NCBI RefSeq assembly: GCF_006345805.1
Contig: NW_021826582.1
Span: forward strand, 1-12,381
DNA length: 12,381 nucleotides
Reading direction: 5' to 3'
Source of the DNA: Octopus sinensis
Taxonomy: Eukaryota
Shown here: piece after piece, positions 1 through 8,214 of the stretch
Numbering within the stretch: position 1 is the stretch's first letter
How the letters are laid out: every line of letters starts with the position of its first letter
The notes under the pieces: model-generated
Database searches by the model: none
What the model saw: only the letters and a program-made list of their open reading frames with translations
Told to the model about the DNA's origin: nothing
Made by a program: the position numbers and the translations under genes

Positions 1-163
1 TTGGCTACTGAAACGTTGGTAGTGAGTGTATATAAGATATTAGCTATTTGTTTTGTTTGCTCTTTTAAACCACAACACACACACATATAAATATTACCTT
101 TTGTTAGTAATATTGCTTGTCTCGCTAATAATTATACAGTTTTGCCTGCGCCTACACTTGTTC

Positions 164-680
164 TTATTGACCGCGAAAAGACGACATGCGAAATTTACGC
201 CGGTGGGGTTTGAAACCAGGATGCTGAGTAACTGAACAAATACAGCATGGTGGAAGCACTCCGTCGGTTACGACGATGAGGGTTCCGGTTGATCCGAATC
301 AACGGAACAGCCTGCTCGTGAAATTAACGTGCAAGTGGCTGAGCACTCCACAGACACGTGCACCCTTACCGTAGTTCTCGGGGATATTCAGCGTGACACA
401 GAGAGTGACAAGGCCGGCCCCTTGAAGTACAGGTACAACAGAAACAGGAAGTAAGAGTGAGAGAAAGTTATGGTGAAAGAGTACAGCAGGGATCACCACC
501 ATCCCCTGCCGGAGCCTCGTGGAGCTTTTAGGTGTTTTCGCTCAATAAACACTCACAACGCCCGGTCTGGGAATCGAAATCGCGATCCTACGACCGCGAG
601 TCCGCTGCCCTAACCACTGGGCCATTGCGCCTCCCCAGCATGATATTTATATTCTGTCCGATGCTCTACCGTCCCTGTTA
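164..680 (-). mobile_element. Old, diverged tRNA-derived SINE remnant (same family as 8525-8735), split by a younger SINE at 250-635
   Basis: 164-249 plus 643-680 read TTATTGACCGCGAAAAGACGACATGCGAAATTTACGCCGGTGGGGTTTGAAACCAGGATGC...AAATACAGCATG|ATATTTATATTCTGTCCGATGCTCTACCG. This aligns loosely with TTTATCGACCCCGAAAGGATGAAAGGCAAAGTCGACCTCGGCGGAATTTGAACTCAGAACG...GAAATACCGCTAAGCATTTCGTCCAGCGTGCTAAC of the young copies in this window. Confidence 0.5.
250..635 (-). mobile_element. Full-length tRNA-derived SINE (family 1, tail type a) with 7-bp target-site duplication
   Basis: The minus strand begins GGAGGCGCAATGGCCCAGTGGTTAGGGCAGCGGACTCGCGGTC (A box TGGCCCAGTGG; tRNA-like arm with TCG) and has a B-box-like GATTTCGATTCCC. 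The flanking direct repeat CAGCATG lies at 243-249 and 636-642. Head and body are homologous to 1348-1520. Confidence 0.9.
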
Positions 681-819
681 ATTCGCAGCGACTTCCGTTT
701 CCTTCTTCCGCCATATTATATCTGTATTTATCAGTCAATGACAACAACGCGTAACCGTCTCCTTTTTCCAGCCATCAACCAATACTTTTGTTTTCCACCA
801 CAATCATCATCGTCTTCCT

Positions 820-1059
820 GCTCCATTCCTTTATATTTCTCACTCCTCCCTCAACCACCTCCCACCCTCTCGTGGTCTTCCTCTAACCTCCGTTACCGAG
901 GATCTCTGTTCATCCATGCGTGACCATATTCACTAAGAAGGAGGATGTCACGGGGTCTTGTTACACGGCCAGCCACTTCATTTTCCGCCTTTTGACAATT
1001 GACAGCAGAACCTCGCAGTGCGCAGTCTTCCCAACAATGCAGTTCCTAATTGAAAAATA
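820..1059 (-). pseudogene. Decayed 3' end of an RTE-clade LINE ORF
   Basis: The minus-strand translation is SIRNCIVGKTAHCEVLLSIVKRRKMKW (KRRKMKW at 973-993). After frameshifts it reads GRVTR, then EVRGRPR..RW, then RNIKEWS (NIKEWS at 820-837). This matches the motif order of RTE C-termini (LL.IVKRRKLKW.GHV.R...G.RGRPR.RW.DNIKEW). Stops and frameshifts are present. Confidence 0.75.
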
Positions 1060-1347
1060 TTAAATGAACCGACAGGAAGGTTTCAAGTGGACGTATGACA
1101 CGAATTTGGGTAAATAAGTTAAGGGGTTAAGTTACTGACTGACGCTCCCCAAAATTCACAAAGTAAATAAGTAAGGATGATACGCTACCATCCATAATAC
1201 GCATTTCAATGTTTAGGAGCCTAAATTGTCTTTTATAAGGTTTAAAATACTCTTTGTATAAAAGACAGTCTTACACAACGGCGACGATAGGAGAGAGAGA
1301 CTCTGCTGCGATCCAATATAGTAGTTTCTAATATTACATTTGTGATT

Positions 1348-1638
1348 GCACATGGCCTAGTGGTTAGAGCAGCGGTCGAGGGATCGCGGGTTCGAATCTC
1401 AGACCGGGCGATGTGTGTGTTTATGAGCGAAACACCTCAGCTCCACGCGGCTCCGGCAGAAGGTAATGGCGTACTTCTGCTGACCCTTTCGCCACGACTT
1501 TCTCTCACTCTTTCCTCCTGCATCTTGCAGCTCACCTGCGACGGACCGGCGTCCCGTCCAGGTGGGGAACCTATATGCCAAGGAAACCGGGAAACCGGCC
1601 CTAATGAAGCAGGCATGGCTCGAGAAGGAACAAAAAAA
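1348..1638 (+). mobile_element. tRNA-derived SINE (family 1 head and body, tail type b) with A tail
   Basis: A box TGGCCTAGTGG at 1353-1363 and B box GGTTCGAATC at 1389-1398. The body is homologous to 445-635 (minus). It ends GAAGGAACAAAAAAA. A possible imperfect TSD, TACATTTG, lies at 1335-1342 and 1641-1648. Confidence 0.9.
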
Positions 1639-1655
1639 TATACATTTGATATAAA

Positions 1656-1810
1656 GGCGGCCGCGCTGGCAGAATCGTTTACACACCGTGCAAGATGCTT
1701 AGCGGCATTTCGTCCGTCTCCACATTCTGAGTTCAAATTCCGCCGAGGCTGACTTTGCCTTTCATCCTTTCGGAATCAATAAAATAGCTTCCAGCTGAGT
1801 ACTGAGGTGA
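1656..1810 (+). mobile_element. tRNA-derived SINE, family 2 (Meta/MESC-like core), lacking the distal tail
   Basis: GGCGGCCGCGCTGGCAGAATCG (A box)...GAGTTCAAATTCCGCCGAGG (B box)...CTTTGCCTTTCATCCTTTCGGAATCAATAAAAT. This is the reverse complement of the 8525-8735 and 10120-10350 copies. The core resembles the Meta/MESC SINE domain (from memory). Confidence 0.85.
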
Positions 1811-1902
1811 CCCCTGAATTTGTTTGGCTTCTGCCAAAATTTCAGACCAATATTTGATATATATATGTAAAGGTATCATTTTTTAAACTCTGATATGATA
1901 TC

Positions 1903-2120
1903 ACCGTCTTTCGCCGAATCTCTAAGTTACAAGGACGTCAACAAACCAACACTGGCTGTCAGGCAGTGACGGAGACGACCCCCCCACACACACACACACA
2001 CACGCGCGCGACTGGTTTCCGCCTATCAAATTCATTCAGTCGGCTTGTTGCTGTAGGAAAAGACACTTGCCTAAGATGTCACATAGTGGGAATGAATCTG
2101 AAACAATGTGCTTGGGAAGC
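1903..2120 (-). mobile_element. Diverged CORE-type SINE (family 3) with internal CA microsatellite
   Basis: Collinear with 7436-7824: CTTTCGCCGAATCTCTAAGTTACAAGGACGT...(CA)n...AGACACTTGCCTAAGATGTCAC...CTTGGGAAGC. The consensus CCTTGGGCAAGTG on the minus strand resembles the CORE domain. Confidence 0.8.
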
Positions 2121-2177
2121 GTTTGCATGCATATGAATGTGTGTGTGTAGAGAGAGAGAGAGAGAAAAAAGAAGAGA

Positions 2178-2254
2178 CATGGCTGTGTGGTAAGAAGCTT
2201 GTGCCCAAGGTGCCACACAGTGGGAATGAACACGGAACCATGTGGTTGGGAAGC
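2178..2254. mobile_element. Rearranged family-3 SINE head: first 24 nt on +, next 53 nt inverted
   Basis: 2178-2201 CATGGCTGTGTGGTAAGAAGCTTG is the sense head start. 2202-2254 TGCCCAAGGTGCCACACAGTGGGAATGAACACGGAACCATGTGGTTGGGAAGC is the antisense of the segment that should follow. Confidence 0.8.
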
Positions 2255-2660
2255 CACTGTTTCCTATATTGGAAGCGACAGATTTCCACTTGACATGTGG
2301 CTGGCAGCGAGTACACATTATTGACAATACGCAAGAATGCAGAAATGCATCTTAACGTACTCGGTAACCGCTGCCATGATATATATATAATGGTGTTTTT
2401 AAACGCCGCACGTCTATAAGACTCGGTCGAAACCCGCAGTATGATGTCCTTTAACTGTGTGTATACGTTAAGCATGACCCATAGAGGGATATTACACATG
2501 ATATATATATATATATATATATACATGTATATATATACACATACCTTATCCTTTTAAATGACGACGGTTTGGTACTATGAAAAAGAATTTTGGTTTCCTT
2601 TTTTAGCGGATCCAGTGGCCACACAGAAGCACACTGGTTGACTTCTAATAAAAATAGTAT

Positions 2661-2795
2661 TATGGTGATAATGGTGGTGTGAAGTTGGTGGTGGTGCTGG
2701 TGATAATGGTGGCGATGGTTGTTATGATAATGGAGACGATGAGGATCGTGGTGATGATGGTGGTGGTGGTGGTAATAATAATAAAGAAGAAGAAG
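2661..2795. repeat. Compound GGT/GAT/AAT/GAA trinucleotide low-complexity tract
   Basis: Directly visible. It is the source of the poly-His ORF at 2451-2804. Confidence 0.9.
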
Positions 2796-2944
2796 TGGCA
2801 GCAATCATGGTAGAAGCAGAGGAAATATTTCGCCAAAAGAATTCCAAGATATTACTGCCAGGAATGTAACGTAAAAACGAATTCCAAATAGTCAAGTTCT
2901 TTACCGTTTCCAAAGCACTCTTGTAATAGCGGTCGACGCAGGCG

Positions 2945-3235
2945 CACAGAGACGCACACATAAACAGATACTTACATACACGGGTGCACAAATGAATTGT
3001 ATTGATGTATATAGGTGTGTGTGCGTATGTATGTGTTTGCATATATATGCGCATGTACGTATATATATATATATATATAGGTGTGTATGTGTTTGCATAT
3101 ATATATTCGCGTGTATGTATATATATATAGGAGTGTGTATATGTAAGTGTATATATATAATAAAAGTATAACGTATCTTTTATGTATATAGGTGTGTGTG
3201 TATTGTATGTGTTTGCATATATATGTGCGTGTGTA

Positions 3236-3279
<44 letters not shown>

Positions 3280-3596
3280 TATATGTTCATATGGTTGTGT
3301 GTATACTTGTATACGTTTATATATGTGTGTAAGCATATATATGTGTGTGTGTGTGTGTATTATAGTTTATGTATTTATGTTGGTGCGTGTAGATCTGTGC
3401 ATATAATATGCGTATGTATTTGTGTGTGTATGTGTGTGAAATTATATATCTATATAGGTATATATGTGTATGCAGTGCCGTGTATATAAACTCTCACGAA
3501 AGCGTATATACACCTCTTTTATATAATTATCTATTTCGAACCTTGGAGTGTTTTTATGCGGGGTGTATATTTGTATGAGCATTCAGTGTGCGCGTC

Positions 3597-3644
<48 letters not shown>

Positions 3645-4096
3645 TGTGTATGTCTGTGTATGGATATTGTGGGAGGGATGCGCATGCGCTGTGGGAGGGA
3701 TGCGCATGCGCTGTGGGAGGGATGTGCATACGCTATCATGTAAGTGGTACTGTGTGGTTCAAAGTTGTAGCAAGGTAGTGCTCAACGGAGCTTTCTTTCG
3801 GTAATGGTGTTACCGAGTGGGTGGGTGGTGGCGTTCTCAGTGGGAGGGACCTGCGTCTTCTATGTATAGGGGTATATGTGTATATATTTGTATATGCATA
3901 TGTATACTCACACACACATACATACATACACACTCATTAATATACATGTATTTGTACACACACATATGTATATGTATAGATATTTGTACATATATATATG
4001 CACGTGTATGTGTATATATATATATATATATGTGTGAGAGTGTGTGTGTGTATTGTATCCATAATGTACAAATGTGTATGTATCTATGTGTATGCG

Positions 4097-4151
<55 letters not shown>

Positions 4152-4375
4152 TACATGGGTATATGGGTGTATATGTATAATGCATATATATATATGCACG
4201 AATGTTTTATACATATACGCACACACATATTGTGTGTATATATAGATATATACACACATAATATATGTGTGTATATATATATATTATATATATATATATA
4301 GATACACACATAATATATATGTACATTGTGTGTATATGTTATACAAGTGCGTTTGTGTGCGCATGCGCATGCACC
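2945..4375. repeat. Large alternating purine-pyrimidine (TA/TG/CA) microsatellite field with short unique interruptions
   Basis: Directly visible. It generates all the YI/CV/TH-rich ORFs in this interval. Confidence 0.95.
3668..3733. repeat. 22-bp minisatellite x3 (TGTGGGAGGGATGCGCATGCGC)
   Basis: Copies at 3668-3689 and 3690-3711 are identical. The copy at 3712-3733 has 2 substitutions. Confidence 0.95.
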
Positions 4376-4638
4376 TTATATAATTTATTTTAATCAAAGA
4401 CCAGTAATTTCCACGGTAAGGAATTTGACACCCTTGCATTCCTGCCATAGTTTTATGTAAAATATTGCTCCCGTTCTGTAATGGTGCTATTAGTGTTGCT
4501 GTCGTTGTTGCTGTCGTGGCCACAGATTAAAAGCATTCCATCCGTGTCCGTACAGTTTTTATAGCCGGTCGTCGGCGGCGGCGAAGGAGCTTAGGGAACT
4601 GAAGGGTTCATTATCTTTGATCTCTGCATATATGAGAG

Positions 4639-5007
4639 AGTAGGGTGTGTTTATTGAGGGTGATTTGGCTGTAATTTCTAACAGATCTAGTGATCATTTA
4701 AATGTCTCCCGCATTGCCCTCTCCTCCCCCTCTCTCTCTGTGACACACACATATACATAAAACAGTAGGGTGTGATCTAAGGGCGATTTGGCTGCTATTT
4801 CTTTCAGGTCTCCCTCAAAAGGCTTATACGTGCATTAGACATTAAGGTATTATTTGATGGGGATTTGGCTGCTATTTCTAGCTACCATGCAGTGGTTTCG
4901 CTCATTGGCTCAAACGTGAGATAGTAGGGTGTAAGGGATAGTTGGCTGCTATTTCTTTCAGTTTTATCTAACATGTACAGGTCTCCCTCATTGGCTTATA
5001 TATATAT

Positions 5008-5079
<72 letters not shown>

Positions 5080-5306
5080 ATATATACATACATACATACA
5101 TACATACATACATACATACATACAAGAGACAGTAGGGGGTGATTTGAAGGAGATTTGGCTGGTATTTCTACCAGGTCTAGCTACGATGTATAGGTCTCTT
5201 ACACTGGTCCGTACATAAGACAGTCGGTTGTGATTTGAGAGAAATTTGGTGAATCAATTAGGGAGACCTACATGATCTAGCTACCGTGAGATCGCCTTCA
5301 TTGATT

Positions 5307-5309
<3 letters not shown>
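4639..5309. repeat. Degenerate six-module tandem array with core GATTTGGCTGCTATTTCT, interleaved with microsatellites
   Basis: Cores start at 4662, 4785, 4862, 4939, 5152 and about 5243 (the last is truncated). The approximate module is AGTAGGGTGTGATTTGAGGGAGATTTGGCTGCTATTTCTAGCAGGTCTAGCTACCATGTA.AGGTCTCCCTCATTGGCT. Confidence 0.85.
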
Positions 5310-5373
<64 letters not shown>

Positions 5374-5388
5374 GGCATTTCTGGGAGA

Positions 5389-5436
<48 letters not shown>

Positions 5437-5785
5437 GAGACAGAGAGTGAGAAACGAGCCATTGTACAAAAATGTTATTTTCAGTTGTTAATTACGTAAA
5501 GTAAACTATGTGTGTGAAACAAACTATATTCAGCGTTAAGGGGTGGTTGGTGTGATTGGGCGGGTGGTTAACTTTATGGTTATGACCGCTCTCTCTCGTT
5601 CTCGCTCGGTCGTTTTCATGGCATAGTTGTCCTCAACCGTCCGCCCATTCTTCTACTCCAAACACGGCGTTATTCTGTTATCATACATTTCACTTCACAC
5701 CCCTTTCTTCCCCCTTGTGACTTCACAATATATGTGTGAGTGTAAACATATATATACCATTAATTTTTTTCCACGTCTCGTTCCC

Positions 5786-6038
5786 TATGTTATGTAGATG
5801 TAGCGGTTGTCTACTCCTCATTGCTGAGTCTGAGCATCTCTTGTACTTACCCCTTAGATGTATCATGGGGTCCGATATGGCTTTTTAAAACAATGTATTG
5901 AAAGATACCCACATAGATTGCATACCTGATTTGGACCACTAAGAGTTACAGTTAAGTTCTGATCCTTGTGGATCTTAAAATGTCTTTTGAGGCCTCCATT
6001 AAATTTGCAGACCTTATGGCATACACGACAATGACAGG

Positions 6039-6042
<4 letters not shown>
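5786..6042 (-). pseudogene. Two-finger C2H2 coding remnant plus 3' flank, probably the 3' end of a 5'-truncated LINE
   Basis: The stop-to-stop frame 6042-5863 encodes TTCH-CRVCHKVCKFNGGLKRHFKIH-KDQNLTVTLSGPNQV-CNLCG. The first finger (5968-6030) is an exact C-x2-C-x12-H-x3-H. The second is broken by frameshifts but continues ..SFNTL..LKSHIGPHDTSKG* (stop at 5847-5849). There is no TGEKP linker and no start codon, and the 5' end abuts a (TA)n tract. Confidence 0.75.
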
Positions 6043-6081
<39 letters not shown>

Positions 6082-6093
6082 TATATGTACACG

Positions 6094-6933
6094 CGAGGTG
6101 GTATCAAAAGGTTTTCGGACTACTTATGTTTAATAAAAAAAAACACATTTACCTAAGTTTTCACATCATCTCCTTCGAAATAGTCCCCGTACGTAGCAAT
6201 AGACTGCTCCCAGCGTTCCTGCCACCTTTGTATTCCGTTGTCCAGATCCCTCAGTATCTGGACAACGGTGTTAAAACGGTGACCTCTGAGCTACATTTTT
6301 ATCTTGTGGGTGGAATAGAAGTCTGCGGGTGCTAAATCTGGCGAACAGGACGGGTGCGGAAACGATACCGTATTGTTTTTGGCGAGAAACTCACGAGTGA
6401 GGAGATCTCGGCGAAGAATCCAATTCTTGGTGCTTCACAGATCCGGTCGTTTTTGCCGATTCGGTCGCTTCGAAACGCCGCGGTAGAACTCTCGATTGAC
6501 GGTCTGTCCCTGGGGGACAAATTCTTGATGCCCAATACCACATTTCCGGGGATGACGCTTGCGGCAAGTCTTCCAGATCGCTCATTGTCTCCCAGGGACG
6601 TTCTTCCACTTTTGAAGCACCCCTCTCGTACAACCCATTATTACCTCGTCGCCGTAAGCTCGCCAAAGCATGATCAATGTCTCTGTAGCAGACTTCCCAA
6701 GTTCAACATAGAATTTCACATTGGCTCTTTGTTCCTGTCCATGACAAAATCACAGCATACTCGTGATCACAAAAACACAAATTTCACAACTTGTGAAGCA
6801 AACATAGCGATGTCACCCGGCACACTCACTGCCTCATGAAGGTCACTGCTAACTCTCACTGCGCTCGAAACTGTGTGCGGCCATCTGTTGGCGCGCTAGA
6901 GAATTAGTCTGGGAACTGTTTGATACCACCCTG
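6094..6933 (-). mobile_element. Internally deleted, non-autonomous mariner (Tc1/mariner) DNA transposon
   Basis: 29-bp TIRs at 6094-6122 (CGAGGTGGTATCAAAAGGTTTTCGGACTA) and 6905-6933 (rc CAGGGTGGTATCAAACAGTTCCCAGACTA), 22/29 identical. TA follows the right end (6934-6935), while the left flank reads CG. Transposase remnants lie inside. Confidence 0.92.
6153..6742 (-). pseudogene. Mariner transposase pseudogene
   Basis: With frameshifts it reads EQRANVKFYVELGKSATETLIML..AYGDE / CFKSGRTSLGDNERSGR / [deletion] HQEFVPQGQTVNREFY..KRPDL*..WIL..REFLAKNN..FPHPSCSPDLAPADF..LRGHRFNT..WQERWEQSI..GDYFEGD. This includes the YSPDLAP-D motif (as CSPDLAPAD). The WVPHEL/first-Asp region and the HHDNA motif are missing, and there are in-frame stops. 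Confidence 0.92.
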
Positions 6934-6938
6934 TATGT

Positions 6939-7227
6939 AAAGAAAGATGGACTAACAATTACGGATTGCAGGAATTCATATGAGATAATACATTTTTAGT
7001 ATTGGGCAGAGTATGTGTGTATGTATATATGAATGTGCACACACACACACAACACACACACATATATATACACGCAAATAAATAAATACATACATACATA
7101 CATACATACATACTCAACCCACATATTTCGAAACAGCTGTAAAGATGGATTTCCACCCTGTAATATGAATGTATTATTTCATGTGAAAGAGTTCCTGCAA
7201 TCTGTAATTGTTTGTCCATCTTTCCTT
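6939..7227. mobile_element. Foldback/MITE-like element with about 56-bp inverted arms around a TG/CA microsatellite core
   Basis: The arm 6939-6994 matches the reverse complement of 7168-7227 at 51/56 positions plus one 4-nt indel. No clear TSD. Confidence 0.65.
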
Positions 7228-7435
7228 GTGGTGTAAACTATATACAAATATATTTCATACATTTCTACATTGGGTAGAAAAGCTAGATATGTTTCGATCT
7301 TAAATGTATCTCTATATAACCCGATGTATGTATGATGGCGTGTGTACATGTGTAGTCTCGAAGCAAAACTTATATCGAAATTATGTTATAATGCTAGAAT
7401 GTAGAGGTGGAGGTGGTGAGTATGGGTATGGCGTA

Positions 7436-7824
7436 TTGTTTCAGTCATTAGAATGCGGCGGCCATGCCAGGACACCGTCTTAAAGAGTTTTGGGCTTTAA
7501 GTCAAATATTCTATTGGCTATTTTGCCGCACCGCTAGGCTACAGGGAGGTAAACACACAACAGTCGTTAACAAGAGGTGGTGGGAGACAAACATAATCAC
7601 ACACACACACACACACACAACACACACACACACACACACACATGTATAAATATACACACACGTTGGCCTTCTTTTAGTTCCCATGTACCGAATCCTCTCA
7701 CAAGGCTTCGGTCAGCATGAGGGTATAGTACAAGAAACTTGCCCAAGGTGCGATGGTTTGGGACCGAACCCGGAATCATGTGATTGAGCAGCATGCTTCT
7801 TAATACACAAACATGACAGCGCCT
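7436..7824 (-). mobile_element. Near full-length diverged CORE-type SINE (family 3) with internal (TG)n
   Basis: The minus strand begins GGCGCTGTCATGTTTGTGTATTAAGAAGCATGC...GATTCCGGGTTCGGTCCC (B box)...CACCTTGGGCAAGTTTCTT (CORE-like, 7732-7750), then a microsatellite, then a tail ending CATGGCCGCC..AATGACTGAAACAA. Confidence 0.85.
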
Positions 7825-7844
7825 GTTTATTACTCTAACGTAGT

Positions 7845-7975
7845 GTATAAAATATGTAGGTATATATAGGTGTGTATATTTGTATGCATATAAGATAGAA
7901 TTATTGATATTATATATGCGTATGTTCCTATGTATGTTTATAGTTACGTGTATACATTCATGTATTATTTATATA

Positions 7976-8020
<45 letters not shown>

Positions 8021-8180
8021 TGTGTGTGCGCGTCGTTTTTCTGTCTATGTCGGATACGTATTTTTCTGTATACGTATCATATCTATATATACCCGTGTGT
8101 GTGGATATCTGTTAGGGTATGTACATAAGAATATCTGTATATTTGCTAATGGTGTGTGCGCGAGCGCGTGGTTAGTGTAT
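7845..8180. repeat. TA/TG microsatellite-derived low-complexity region
   Basis: Directly visible, with a pure (TG)n at about 7979-8010. Confidence 0.9.
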
Positions 8181-8214
8181 ATGCATGGCACAAGTAATTA
8201 AAGAGTGGCGCCAT

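Noticed and set aside
1348-1420. Possible tRNA genes here and at 560-635, 9365-9436 and 10270-10350
   Set aside because: A and B boxes are present, but each continues into a multi-copy SINE body and I could not build a complete cloverleaf with an acceptor stem.
1342-1752. 136-aa ORF and two overlapping minus-strand ORFs
   Set aside because: They lie entirely across two adjacent SINEs and are not recognisable proteins.
2451-4523. Many 60-200 aa ORFs (YIYI, CVCV, THTH, poly-His)
   Set aside because: They are translations of di- and trinucleotide repeats that lack stop codons in several frames. No domain signature.
4639-5309. CRISPR-like look (repeated core with variable spacers)
   Set aside because: The spacers are homologous to each other, the spacing is irregular (77-213 bp), the context is eukaryotic and there are no cas genes.
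5845-5853. Consensus splice donor GG|GTAAGT on the minus strand just after the zinc fingers
   Set aside because: It coincides with the restored frame's stop codon (GGG TAA). No acceptor is seen upstream (a TA tract), and the second finger is frameshifted.
6354-6839. 161-aa plus-strand ORF
   Set aside because: It is antisense to the mariner transposase remnant.
6878-6891. CTCF-like motif (rc CCAACAGATGGCCG) in the mariner 5' region
   Set aside because: Two mismatches to the consensus, part of the transposon, and no supporting evidence.
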